This document shows, one piece after another, positions 41,797 through 52,470 of a stretch of DNA of 64,000 nucleotides. Origin of the DNA: Chloropicon primus. Its lineage: Eukaryota. Below the pieces are notes generated by a model. That model ran no database searches. It was given only the letters and a program-made list of their open reading frames with translations, and was not told where the DNA came from. Each line of letters starts with the position of its first letter. The first letter of the stretch is position 1. A program made the translations under genes and the position numbers. The stretch is from the NCBI GenBank assembly GCA_023205875.1, contig CP060757.1, positions 248,001 through 312,000 on the forward strand, in the 5' to 3' direction.

Positions 41797-42699
41797 TTAC
41801 TTAAACTCGTACGTCTTGACCGTCCCGTCGTAGTCCACCGCGTTCCCTTTGTTTTGAACAGTGATGAAGGCAGAGAGAGCGGCGGTGGGCCGCGGCGGCC
41901 ACCTCCCCTGGACCCTGGCGATGGCAAAACGCTTCGAGTACAACCCCGAGTCCTTGTCAGAGTTCTGCAAAGAGTTCCAGGCCTCCTCGGCGGCCCCCTT
42001 GTTCCCAGTCGCCCACAGAGCAGCAACCTCCGCGGCTTTCATGTCAAGGAAGCTCGGGTCTTTCCGCAGGAGGCCCCTGATCTCGGCCAGGCTCTCCTCA
42101 TCGCTCGAGCACTGGAGCAGGCCGAGCGCGTGGTTGGCCTCAGCGATCTCTGTCATGTCGCTGTCGGCCGCCGCTTCCCCAGCAGCGGCGGCCTGTTTGT
42201 AAGCAACGAGAGCCCCGTCCCAATCCCCGCAGGCGCCAAGTGCATTCCCCCAGTTGTTGAGCAAGTACCCGTCTGCCTTTTCTGGTCCGCCCTCGAGCTC
42301 CACTGACCTCGCCAAGTCAGTGGATGCCTCTCTGAACTTCCCCCTTTGCAATCTGAAGGTCCCACGGTTGCTCCACGAGGCAGACGTATCCGGGGAGAAC
42401 TCGATGATTTTCGACCAAGCTTCGTCCGCAGGGTCGAACTCCCCATCCGAGAGCTTCATCGCTTCCGCGAACAGCTTGTTCAGCTCCTCGAGGTCGTCCT
42501 CCTTGTACGTTGCCGCTGCCCTTGCCCTTCGGCTCGAGCCTGCTCCTCCAAAGAGCATCGTCGCTGCAGTGAACAAGCACAGGGACGAAGTTCTCACGAT
42601 AGCTTCCCTCCTGCTGGCCAATGCCGCGCACGGGCACGCCCTACCTTGCCTTGGGACCCTTCCCATCCAAAGAGGTGCACTCCCAGCCCTCGTTCTCAT
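41797..42699 (-). CDS. TPR protein, probably thylakoid lumen (Tat-type signal)
   Basis: Bipartite N-terminus with SRREAI, a hydrophobic core and ARA. TPR-like WSNRGTFRLQRGKFREA and LNNWGNALGACGDWDGALVAYKQA. Confidence 0.8.
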   Translation of the reverse strand: MRTRAGSAPLWMGRVPRQGRACPCAALASRREAIVRTSSLCLFTAATMLFGGAGSSRRARAAATYKEDDLEELNKLFAEAMKLSDGEFDPADEAWSKIIEFSPDTSASWSNRGTFRLQRGKFREASTDLARSVELEGGPEKADGYLLNNWGNALGACGDWDGALVAYKQAAAAGEAAADSDMTEIAEANHALGLLQCSSDEESLAEIRGLLRKDPSFLDMKAAEVAALWATGNKGAAEEAWNSLQNSDKDSGLYSKRFAIARVQGRWPPRPTAALSAFITVQNKGNAVDYDGTVKTYEFK

Positions 42700-43168
42700 C
42701 TTCTAGGAAAGCAGAACCCAACACAGTCAGAGACTCCGGTTACGGAATGAGGCAACCAAGGTATCAAACGAAAGATCACGAGATGTACGTACTTTCTCAA
42801 GGACAACCTCTTGTGTTCCCTTCGCCCCCCTCCTCACCAAACCTCGCAAAGGAGACGGAGACTCCATCGCCATCGAGAGCCTCTATCTCTATCCCACCAA
42901 TTAACGAGCGAGCACGAGCAGAGCAGAGAGGGAGGAGAGAGAGGGAGAGAGAGGAGCGGACGAAGGAGGGACCGGAGGGAGGGGAAGAGGAAGGGGGGAA
43001 CAGAGGGAAGCGTCTTGCCTTGCTCTTTCGAAAGAGCCCTCGCTCGAGAGAAACGGCGCTCTGGTGAGGCACTGACGGACGGGGAGGAGGGAGAGAGAGA
43101 GGAAGGAGGGAGAGAGAGAGAGAGGGAGAGGGAGAGAGTTAGGCCACCAAACCTCTGGCAAAGGAGAG

Positions 43169-44125
43169 ATGGCGACGGTTGGTTCTTCTTGTCCGTGTTC
43201 TGTCGCTCTGATGGCGACAGCTGGTTTGCTTTACGCTGGCTACCGATACCTTCGGTCCAAGGCAACGGACTGGACGTACTATGATGGCAAAGTAGTGTGG
43301 GTCACCGGAGCTAGCTCGGGGATCGGCAAAGAGCTCTGTCTGCAACTTGTGAAGCGCAGCGAGGTGAAGTTGGTGTTGAGTTCTCGGTCAGAAGCCACGC
43401 TGAATGGCGTCAAGGCGGAGCTCGTGGAGGCTGGGGCGAAGGACGGGAACATCGCGGTCGTCCCGCTTGATTTGGGAGAGCTCGAGACTCTGGTGGAAGC
43501 CGTGGAGAAAGTCTTCGATTGTTTTGGCCACATCGATCTGCTCATCAACAACGCAGGAATCTCGCAGAGGTCCTTGGCAAGGATGACGTCTTTCGATGTG
43601 TACCGCCGCCTCATCAAGATAGACTTCGAGGGCCAGGTCCTCCTGACGCAGACCTACATCAAGAAGCTGGTGGAAAGCGGAAGGAGTGCCCACATCACGT
43701 TCATCTCCTCTGTGGCGGGGAGGATTCCTGTCCCGTTTCGATCGGGGTATTGCGCCGCAAAGGCGGCATTGAACTCGTATGCGGCCACAATAAGGATAGA
43801 GCTGGAGTTGGAGGGGCACCCGATCGCTGTCACAGTTGTGAGCCCCGGGGGGGTGAAGACAGCTGTGTCCAAGAACGCTTTGAACAAGGACGGCAAGCCT
43901 TTCGGCGAGGCCGACGCGGTCACGGCCGAAGGCATGAACGTGGCAGAATGCTGCTCGCAGATGATATGCGCGATCTCAAACAAGGTGGACGACTTCATCG
44001 TGTGCTCGAGCTTGGAGCGTTTCGCTTGCACATTGTTCACCCACCTTCCTCTCAAGCTCGCGACCAGAGTAATTTTGCCCAAGTACAAGAGATATCTCTC
44101 CGAAACGCTTGCGCGAGTCAAGTAA
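43169..44125 (+). CDS. Short-chain dehydrogenase/reductase, DHRS7-like
   Basis: VWVTGASSGIG, LINNAGISQRS, ISSVAG and catalytic YCAAK, with an N-terminal anchor. Confidence 0.92.
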   Translation: MATVGSSCPCSVALMATAGLLYAGYRYLRSKATDWTYYDGKVVWVTGASSGIGKELCLQLVKRSEVKLVLSSRSEATLNGVKAELVEAGAKDGNIAVVPLDLGELETLVEAVEKVFDCFGHIDLLINNAGISQRSLARMTSFDVYRRLIKIDFEGQVLLTQTYIKKLVESGRSAHITFISSVAGRIPVPFRSGYCAAKAALNSYAATIRIELELEGHPIAVTVVSPGGVKTAVSKNALNKDGKPFGEADAVTAEGMNVAECCSQMICAISNKVDDFIVCSSLERFACTLFTHLPLKLATRVILPKYKRYLSETLARVK

Positions 44126-44154
44126 AATTACACTTATGGTTATACAGCTAATAA

Positions 44155-46099
44155 TCATAGGATCTGGAAGTCGTCGTCGTCGTCACCGCCACCGCCACCG
44201 TCACCAAAGGTGTCGTCCTCATCGCTCTCAATCTCCATTCCCTCGAGCGCTTCCTGGGCTTTCCGCTTCAGCTCCGTGAGGCCTGTCAGCTCTTCCAGGT
44301 ACTCGGGTTCATTGAAAACCCTCGTCAGGAACGCCTCCCTCCCCTTTTCATCCGCGTAAGAGGCCAGTACCCTTTCCGAGCAGCCAACACAGTTCCCAAA
44401 GGCGGGGCTGCTTAATTTCAACTGCTCGAAGGAGTCCAGGAAGCCCCTTATGGAGTGAGGAACGCCTCCCAGGATGCTCTCATCCTCGTCAGAGGCCGCA
44501 CCTTTCATGGGGTGCTGAAGGATGGACGAGACCAGCTCCACCGCCAGGGCACTGGCAATGGATGCCAAGCCTGGCCGAACGACGGTGCATTGCTGGTCCA
44601 AGGTTCTATTTTTGGTCGAATTCAGGGGAGCAGCCACGTCGTTGCAAAAGTAGCACCCAAGCCTTTTCTCGCCCTGCGCCAAGCAACCATGCCTCATCAC
44701 AAGAAAGGTGTCGAAACCTAAGGCAACGGACACGGCAAGCTTGCCGTGAGCCAGGCTAAGCAACGTCGGCAACCATCTGCTCTCCCTGGTGTCCGTAAGG
44801 AGGAACACGATGTCGTGGTCTTTGACCAGAGCATCGAGTGACGAGACCGTCTCCATGGTTTGCCTGTGCAGCTTGCTGCCTTCTTTCACGGGATGCCCCG
44901 GCATGGGGATGGTCAGCTGAACTCCGGAGGAGTCCGCATCGGGGAAGATCTTCTTCAGCGCATCGGCGGCAGCCTGAGCTTTGGGCTTGCCTCCCTCCAG
45001 GCAGTCCGTGAACTCAAAGAGGGACTGCCTCACAGGGTTCGAGAAGGCAACCTTCCCGGAGTCAACGAAGGTTATCTTCCTGCATCCCCAGCCTTGGAGA
45101 ATTCTGGAGACCGCGCATCCGAGGGTCCCCGCCCCGAGGAGGAGACACTTGCTCTTAGAGAGTCGGTCGACTTGGAGCTCCGGTAGAGCCCTCCACCTCA
45201 TCAGCTTCAGGTTCAGGTCCATCGCTGCAGAGGCCCTCTGCTTCGGATCTAGAGTGGAAGCAAGGTTGACGCTCCTTGGCCCGAGGCCGCCCTTCGCATT
45301 GTGTTCCCAACCAACCGCGGCGATCGTTTTCCCCTTGTCCTCCCCACTCTCTGGTGGGACGTCAACAGTGTGCAAGACGCTGCTTGTCGTGCTGAACCTG
45401 CCGAGCTTCTCCTCCTTCAAGCACAGAACTCTAACAGTCTTGGCACCCCAAAGCGAGGATGCCACGAACCAAAGGAAGTTCCGCAGAGGCCAGCCCGGAC
45501 TCCCCGTGGCGTCGGAGGGATCCACGAAAGCTACAATGACCTCTTCCTTCTTCTCGCACCGATCATACTCGCCGATGCCTCTGCACCGGAAAGGAGTGTC
45601 TCCACCCCCGCCTTCCACAATCCAAAACGGAGTTCTCCCCTTGGTCCCCTTGTAGTACTCGTAGCAGGCAGTGCACACGTCTTGGCCGGCCCCTTCCTCG
45701 ACCGTTTTGGAAATCATGGGCGAGGCTGCCTTCACCGCTGGCACGCACACCCAGTAGTAGAAGGTGTATTGCTTGAGGTCCGCGAAGCAAACGACCACAA
45801 ACCTGTTGAGCTTGGACGAAGCCTCCACCCATGCACCAGAGCCCACGTCCTCGTCGATCCTTTCGATGCATGACAAGCCTGCCTTCTTCCTTTCAAACGT
45901 TTTCATGCTCTCGAGAGTGTTCAAAAGCACAACCTCCCCTTCCATCCTTATTTGGTTCTGCCAAAGCCAGTGCGTCCGTGCCACGCGACAAAAAGAAAAG
46001 TCAAAGCAGGACCAGCAGCAGCAGCAGACGGCGAAGACAAAGGTCAGCGAGGCCTCCAAGCCACCAGCATTCCATTCCATCTGGCAAAGAAGAAGATTT

Positions 46100-46147
<48 letters not shown>

Positions 46148-46401
46148 CTCTCTCTGTGGACCTTTGCTGTTGCACGCTACGCTAAGCGTTTACTCACCTC
46201 ATACGTCGTCTCGAGGTCGAAGGAAGCGGAGGTCAGGATGAGCGGAGAAGCAAAGTTATTCGCACTTGCTCTGTAATGGCCAACAACAGGTATGGGGTCC
46301 TCCGAGAGTTTGTACTCATTCAGTTTCAACTCGGCGAGCCTCGCCCAGAACGAGACGTCCGGAGCGGAAGCGAGCTCCAAAAAACGGAGGGACTCCGTCA
46401 T
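44155..46401 (-). CDS. ATG7: Autophagy E1-like enzyme ATG7 (exons 46401-46198, 45957-44155)
   Basis: SFWARLAELKLNEYKL, FADLKQYTFYYW, LNLKLMRWR, LGAGTLGC, RLGCYFCND and LDQQCTVVRPG (catalytic Cys). Phase-0 intron. Confidence 0.96.
46104..46156. repeat. (CT)n microsatellite in the ATG7 intron
   Basis: Long, nearly pure CT dinucleotide run. Confidence 0.9.
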
Positions 46402-46707
46402 GGCCAAAGCTCGTCACAACTCGACCTCCCGACGTCACCGTCCTCGTCCTCGTCCCCGTCCTCGTCAAGCGAAGCGGTTCCTCGTTCAAGCCAAAAGCAA
46501 AAATGAAGAATGAGCCAGGATGAAAGGAACTGAGGTTGTGGGCGATGAGGATGATCATGATCATGATCATGGGCAATGGGGGCAGGGGCTGAGGGTTTCG
46601 TGTTCCCTCTCTGCTTCTGAGGTAATCTTTTTCTCCATGTAAGAAAAGCAAAAAGTTTTTAGACTCCAACAACCCCATCAACTTCATCATCTCAATCATA
46701 CAGGTTC

Positions 46708-47815
46708 TCACTGCAAGGCGACGGTGGGTTGGGCCCCTGACTCACCGCAGATGACGGTCAGCAAGTTCGTGACGATCTTTGTTTTCTCGGACTCGCTCAT
46801 GGTGACTCCTTTGCTCTCGAGCTGCTGGATGGCACCCTCGGAGATGTCGACGGCCCCCTTCACGATGAGCTTCCTAGCCTTCACCATCGCCTCGGCCTGC
46901 TGCCTGACGAGCATGGCTTGGGCGATTTCCGGCGCGTAGGACAAGTCAGTCATGTTGAAGGCGATGACCTTGACTCCGGCGTGAGCGAGACGCTGCTGCA
47001 AGGTCTCAGAGAGCTCCGCGGAGAGCGTGGCGGCCTCAGTCTTAAGTGAGTGTCCACCGTCGTCGTCCTCGTAAGGATATTTCGAGACAACTTGCTTGAG
47101 GGTTGCAAGGGCAGTGGTGTGAACATACTGGTAGACGTTCTCCACGTCCAAGGAGGCGGCCTTCACTCCCTGAATCTGCCAGAAAACAACTCCACTCACG
47201 ACGACTGGATTGCCCTTGAGGTCAAGCTATTGATGGATGGCATCAAAGATGAAGGTAAGAAAGAATGACACCAATCGTCAGCGCTTGAACTCATTCGTGG
47301 AATGGGTTGCGTTGAGGTTTTCTCTACGCCTCCTCCTTCCTCTTTCTTCCTCTCTCTCTCTGTGTGGTCTTTGTCTCTTCACTTACCAGCTTGACGCCAG
47401 GCAAATCAGTGGTCCTCTGCTTGACTGAAACGACTTGGAACTCGACACCACAAGGGTTGAAGCAAAAGAGGCCCGGCTTCTTCTTGACGGTGGTGAATTT
47501 ACCCCAAGTGAGCACCAAAGCGGCCTCTTTCTCGTTCACGACCTTGCACGCACCCAGCCAAACCCAAGGACAAAAGCAACTCAAGAAGCACGACAGTGCG
47601 GTAGGACAGCACAAGCTTGCTGCCTTCTCTGGCGGGTCATCCGCAAGAAGAGTCTTAGAAGACATGGCCTCGGAACCATAAATAACCTAACGCAAACACA
47701 CCAAGCACAAACACACCAACCGGTCAGATAAGATCAATGCATAGTCAATTTCTCTCTCTCTCTCTCTCTCTGTGTTGATTGAGGGCGCTGCACTTACAGG
47801 GTTGGGGGTGTTCAT
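46708..47815 (-). CDS. SPFH/band-7 domain protein, paralogue 2 (exons 47815-47798, 47686-47387, 47226-46708)
   Basis: Same motifs as paralogue 1. Two phase-0 GTAAGT..TAG introns give MNTPNP|VIYGSEAMSS..GVKL|LDLKGNPVVVSG. Confidence 0.88.
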
Positions 47816-48199
47816 GGTCAACTTCGTTGGGAAAGACTTCGATCCAATGCAATGCCTTTGTCTCCTGTTAAGCTTGAAGGGCTGGTCTCGGACTTGAGCT
47901 TGCGTTTGCCTTCCTCTTCCTCTTCCTCTCGAAAGGTAAGTTCAGTTTGGTTACGAAGGACCATTCATCTCCAATGAATATCTAGAGGAAGGAAGGAACG
48001 AAGCTAGGAGGAAAGGTGGTACCTTTTGTTGTCAGGCTGGCGAGTGAAGGTGCAGGAGAGGTGCAGAACTCTTTCCTTCCTCGAAATCACAACGCATTGG
48101 TCTCACCTCTTGCCACCAGTAACGACAGTGATGCTCAACAGGGCATTGGATAGGATTTCTAAGCCAGTGAAAGGAGTCTAAGTAGTGGATGGACTCGAC

Positions 48200-49216
48200 A
48201 TGTCGCTCCCTGAGAAGAGGAGGCGCCTGCTGTCTCTCAAGAATACTGACTACGAGCAGATAGACCAGATCGATTTCGATACCGAGAAGTCTGGCCGAGG
48301 AAACGAGCGGTGTGTTGGCGAAGAGGCTGGTGGTTTTGTGGATGATGATGATGATGATGTCAACGACTTTGGTATGGAAGAAGACTCGGCTGATAACTGC
48401 CTGAGCTCCTTGAAGCTTTTGTGCCCCGGGGCACTGAGCTGCTGCCTATCCATCATCTTCGCACCGACCTGGCTCTTCTCCGTTCGCATGAATCGCCACA
48501 ACGAGGCAAAGCTGGCGTTGAACTGGGGGCAGTACGTCACAGTGAAGAACACCTCAGGCCTTTTCCTTGTCAACCCGTTTGGAGTTCAGCTCAAGAGCGT
48601 CTCCCTGAAAGAGAGGGCAATGGAGCTGCGGGATGAGAAGCTGGTCGACCTCAAAGGCAATCCAGTCGTCTGCTCAGGTTGCATCTTTTGGCGTGTGTCG
48701 AGTGTCAAAGCATCGACCTTGAACGTTGAAGATGTCTCCGTATACGTGAAGACCTGTGCTCTTGCGACCTTGAAGCAGGTCGTGGCCAAGTACCCCTACT
48801 CGCCTGATTTCGAGGGGCAGCCCTCCCTGCAGACGGAGGGAGAGGCATTGGGGAGAGAGCTCAAGTTGGATCTCCAGAAGCGTCTGGCGCACGCCGGAGT
48901 CAAGGTCCTTGCCTTCAACATGACGGACTTGTCCTACGCACCAGAGATCGCGAAAGCCATGCTGGTCAAGCAACAAGCCGAGGCAATGATAAGAGCGAGG
49001 CAGATTATCGTCAAGGGCGCCGTCGACATGTCCGAAGAGGCACTCAACCAACTCCACGAGAAGAAGATCTGCCAACTGAGTGACGCGGATAGAACAAGAA
49101 TCCTTTCTCAGATGCTCTCCATCTTCTGCGCTGACAGCAAGGGGAATCCGACCACCACCATCCAAGCGAGCAGCGGCGCCTTGCCTGACCACCGCCAGCC
49201 CAAGCTCGGGCGTTAA
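48200..49216 (+). CDS. SPFH/band-7 domain protein, paralogue 3 (acidic N-terminal extension)
   Basis: DLKGNPVVCSGCIFW..LSYAPEIAKAMLVKQQAEA..IVKGAV. Confidence 0.88.
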   Translation: MSLPEKRRRLLSLKNTDYEQIDQIDFDTEKSGRGNERCVGEEAGGFVDDDDDDVNDFGMEEDSADNCLSSLKLLCPGALSCCLSIIFAPTWLFSVRMNRHNEAKLALNWGQYVTVKNTSGLFLVNPFGVQLKSVSLKERAMELRDEKLVDLKGNPVVCSGCIFWRVSSVKASTLNVEDVSVYVKTCALATLKQVVAKYPYSPDFEGQPSLQTEGEALGRELKLDLQKRLAHAGVKVLAFNMTDLSYAPEIAKAMLVKQQAEAMIRARQIIVKGAVDMSEEALNQLHEKKICQLSDADRTRILSQMLSIFCADSKGNPTTTIQASSGALPDHRQPKLGR

Positions 49217-49285
49217 CCATTAAAATTTAATCGAGAGAGAGAGAGAGAGAGAGAGAGAGGAGTGAGGAGAGCGAGTGGGTTCGTT

Positions 49286-49828
49286 ATGATTATCGAGAGC
49301 GAGAGCGACAGCGAGGACGTGCCCTTGGCGATGCAGCTTGCATCGAAGGCAAAGTCCGAGCCCAAGACTTCGACGAGCGAGGCACCAGCGGCGAGGAAAG
49401 AGAACGGTGGTGGTGGCAAGGAGGAGGGCAAAGCGAACGGGAGTCAGGGGGGGGGAGGGAAGGTGAAGGCGTCGCGGGAAACGAAGAAGGTGGTGAAGCG
49501 GGAGCCGACTGTGAAGCGGGAGAAGAAGGTGTACAATATGCCAGGCCAAACGCGCGAGACGCCGCAAGAGAACGAACCGGTAGCCAAGTTCTACTCGTCG
49601 CTTTACAAGGAGAAGCCCGAGTCAGCTATGGCTTTGCGGTGGCTGATGCAGCACGGCATGCTTCCGAAGGAGGTCGCCGAGAGGGAATTCCTCAAGGCGA
49701 AGAAAGCCAAAAGCCAGGCAACCGCAGGTGTGAAGAAGAGGCCTGCTGCGAGCGCTGCCAATGGAAAGGGGCCCAAGAAGAAGAGGGGGCCCAAGAAGAA
49801 GGTGGATAGGGACGTGTTGTTCGCCTGA
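49286..49828 (+). CDS. Conserved Lys-rich protein of unknown function
   Basis: SDSEDVPLA and REKKVYNMPGQ..P..FYSSLY..P.S.MA..WLMQHG, a motif I recognise from plant uncharacterised proteins. Confidence 0.8.
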   Translation: MIIESESDSEDVPLAMQLASKAKSEPKTSTSEAPAARKENGGGGKEEGKANGSQGGGGKVKASRETKKVVKREPTVKREKKVYNMPGQTRETPQENEPVAKFYSSLYKEKPESAMALRWLMQHGMLPKEVAEREFLKAKKAKSQATAGVKKRPAASAANGKGPKKKRGPKKKVDRDVLFA

Positions 49829-50014
49829 TGGGTTTGGGTTTTTTTTGGGGGGGGAGGGGGGCGTTGTCCACCAAGGAGGCTGGAGCAAGCTGGTAAGTGA
49901 AAGTTTTCTCTTGCAATTATTTTAGAGCGGGTGGAAGGATCTGTCAAAGGGCTGGCCTTGAGGAGCTTCCTAGGCGCGCGACGACGACTCTGCGAAGCTG
50001 ACTGCCTCGACAAA

Positions 50015-51738
50015 TTATCCGCAGTACTCCAGCATTATTCCTGTGGCGCAATAGATCGAGGAAAGCCAGCGCAGTCTTAGTCTCTGCAAGGGAAGCGACA
50101 AAGCAGTGCGGGGGCGAGGGAGAACATTGTTTCGGGGTTGTGCGGCTGACTTACCGTGGTCGTACTTGTGGGGGCAGAAGGGCGAGTAGCCGCTGCCCAG
50201 CATGAAAAGCGCGAGGCCCAGCAGCTGCATGAAGAACATCTTCATGGTCCAGTATGGCATCCTCTTCTTGAAAACTTTTGAGTGCTGCGCGGCGAAGAAC
50301 TTGTCTTCGGCCACCATGGAGAGCTGCCAGGTAAGTTAAGAGAATAGACGCGGGGGGAAAGAATAGACGGGAACATGTTAGCAAATAAAGAGGTTTGAAC
50401 TGTGATATACACACTTCTCTGGCGAGCGACTTACCCAGTCAGAAGCAAAGTTGGTGACCAGCTGGACGGCGATGTCGATGATGACCTTGGTGTGGTTGAC
50501 AGCCTCGCCGGCCACTGGCTGGAAGTGGCCGAACAAGAGCAGGCCACCAGTGATGAAAACGGCTGGAGCAGATGCAAAGGTTTCGGCCTGGGCCTCAAAC
50601 GTTCTCAGGTAGTTCTCTTCCTGGGTCGAGATGATGGCCTTCGCCGCTCTGTTTCCGTACTGCATGTTCATGAACCACTCGTCGTAAATGACGTACAAGG
50701 ACCTCATGAAGAAGTTCATGAGAGCGTCAAAAAAGTTGATGGCGATGATCTGACCGAAGCCCTTCAACTGGACCAGGAGGAACTTGGCGTAGATGGCCTT
50801 GACTGTGACGACCTTGCACATCAAAAGCGCCTCGGCCCCTGCATCCAGACCCATGCTGTTCCTAATGATGACCCTGTAGCCCCACAGGACGATCCCCCAG
50901 AAGATCTCGTGGAACACGTACCTGAAAAGGACTATCTGCCAGACCGGGGTACCTTTTGGGAACGGACGCCGAAGGGAGGAAAGTTTCCGCCTCGTTAGCA
51001 AACTCTCTCGGGAGAACCAGGGTGTGGCAGAAGGTGACAGAAGCCGCGAAGAGATTTCCGGTGGTGCTTACCTTTGATGAGCAAGTTCTCCAGGGCCGCG
51101 GAGTACACGTAGTACCCCGCGATCTCAATCATGAGGCAAACGAAGACGATGACGCCAGCCCCCTTCCTGGTCGCCCTCGTGATCAGCAGGTACAGGACCG
51201 TGACGGTGATGATCGACATGTACGGGAACAGCATCATGGAGGTCGCGTACGTCTCGTTGTTGACCGAGTTGTACTTGGGATCTCCGATCTGGTGAAAGGC
51301 AACGGCCTTTCCGTCCGTAAAGTAGGTGAACGTGCTGATGAAAAAAGCGAGCACCGCGAAAACCACGGCGAACACCTTGTCTTTCTTCGTCTTGTAGATG
51401 AAGGTGTTCCAAACAGTGAACGTGGTCAAGAGCAGCCACAGCATGGTGAGCGGCCTGTAAAGAAGCAGCGAAGACCAGTGGTTGAGGGCACAGGAAAAGA
51501 ACTCTTCTTTCAAGTCCGTGTAGTCGTCGTACTTCCTGTCCACAACGTAGGAGCACGTCGTTCGGAGCAGGTTCGAAGTCGCGAGGCCTACGAGAAGCAT
51601 GATGCAGAAGCCGAAGCACACGCTGATTCCGGACAGGCGCGCTTGTAGCTTGAAGAGCTTCCAGAAATTGGTGCGCTCCGTCTTCACGTCCTCGTCCCAG
51701 CGTATCAAGACCTTCCCGTCATCGTAACTTTTCTTCAT
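50015..51738 (-). CDS. Multi-pass membrane protein of unknown function (exons 51738-51072, 50952-50435, 50323-50155, 50040-50015)
   Basis: Three GTAAG..AG introns with matching phases (1, 0, 1) join four hydrophobic ORF pieces ending FCPHKYDHGIMLEYCG*. Confidence 0.75.
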
Positions 51739-52470
51739 CTTGATTTGCTTTGGTGCCGGACTACCCAGTGTCGGTGGTGGTGATGATGATGATGTGATGT
51801 GAAGCAGCCCCCGCAACGACGCTGCCGTCTTGTCCTTGGGAACGGCCGAGCCTTCGACTGTCTCAAGGGATATCAGTCAAAGCAGACGACTCTTTCCAAG
51901 AAGTGGACGCCGCCCTCTTTCGTTTTCTGGCCACATCCCTCAATCGCCCCTTCCTCCCTCCCTCCTTCCCTCAGTTGCTCTCTCGTATCCTCGCCATTGC
52001 GGCGTTACAGCTGCCAAGTGACAGCTGGTCCAGAACCAAGGACGATTCGATTGGGAAAAAAAATACACACACGTGAGCGGAGCGAGGGAGCGGAGGGAGA
52101 CGAGGGAGGAGAGAAAGGCATCACAATCACAATCACAGGGGAGGACCTTCTTCCTCGTCCTTCCCTTGTCCATGGGACAAAGTGTTCTATCAGAGACATC
52201 CCACTAGAGTATAAACCACACCAACAGTGGACTTCTCTCGTGGAACATACAACGGATCCCAAGGACAAGAAATTCATTCCTATTTCAATCCAAACCACAC
52301 AAAAGGTCAGGGAAGCCAAGCGGTGGTTGTTGGGACTCGACGAGCGGAGGGACGTCTTGAGGCGCTTGGGTCAGGTGCAGGTCTTGCTGCCTTCTTGTCT
52401 TGTTGCCTTTCATCGTTTGTCTGTTTTGTTTCTTTTGGAAGGAGGGAGAGATCATCGAGAGAAAAATAGT

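Noticed and set aside
50324..50336. ACTTACCTGGCAG on the minus strand, matching the U1 snRNA 5' end
   Set aside because: It is an intron 3' end running into a coding exon. No U1 stem-loops or Sm site.
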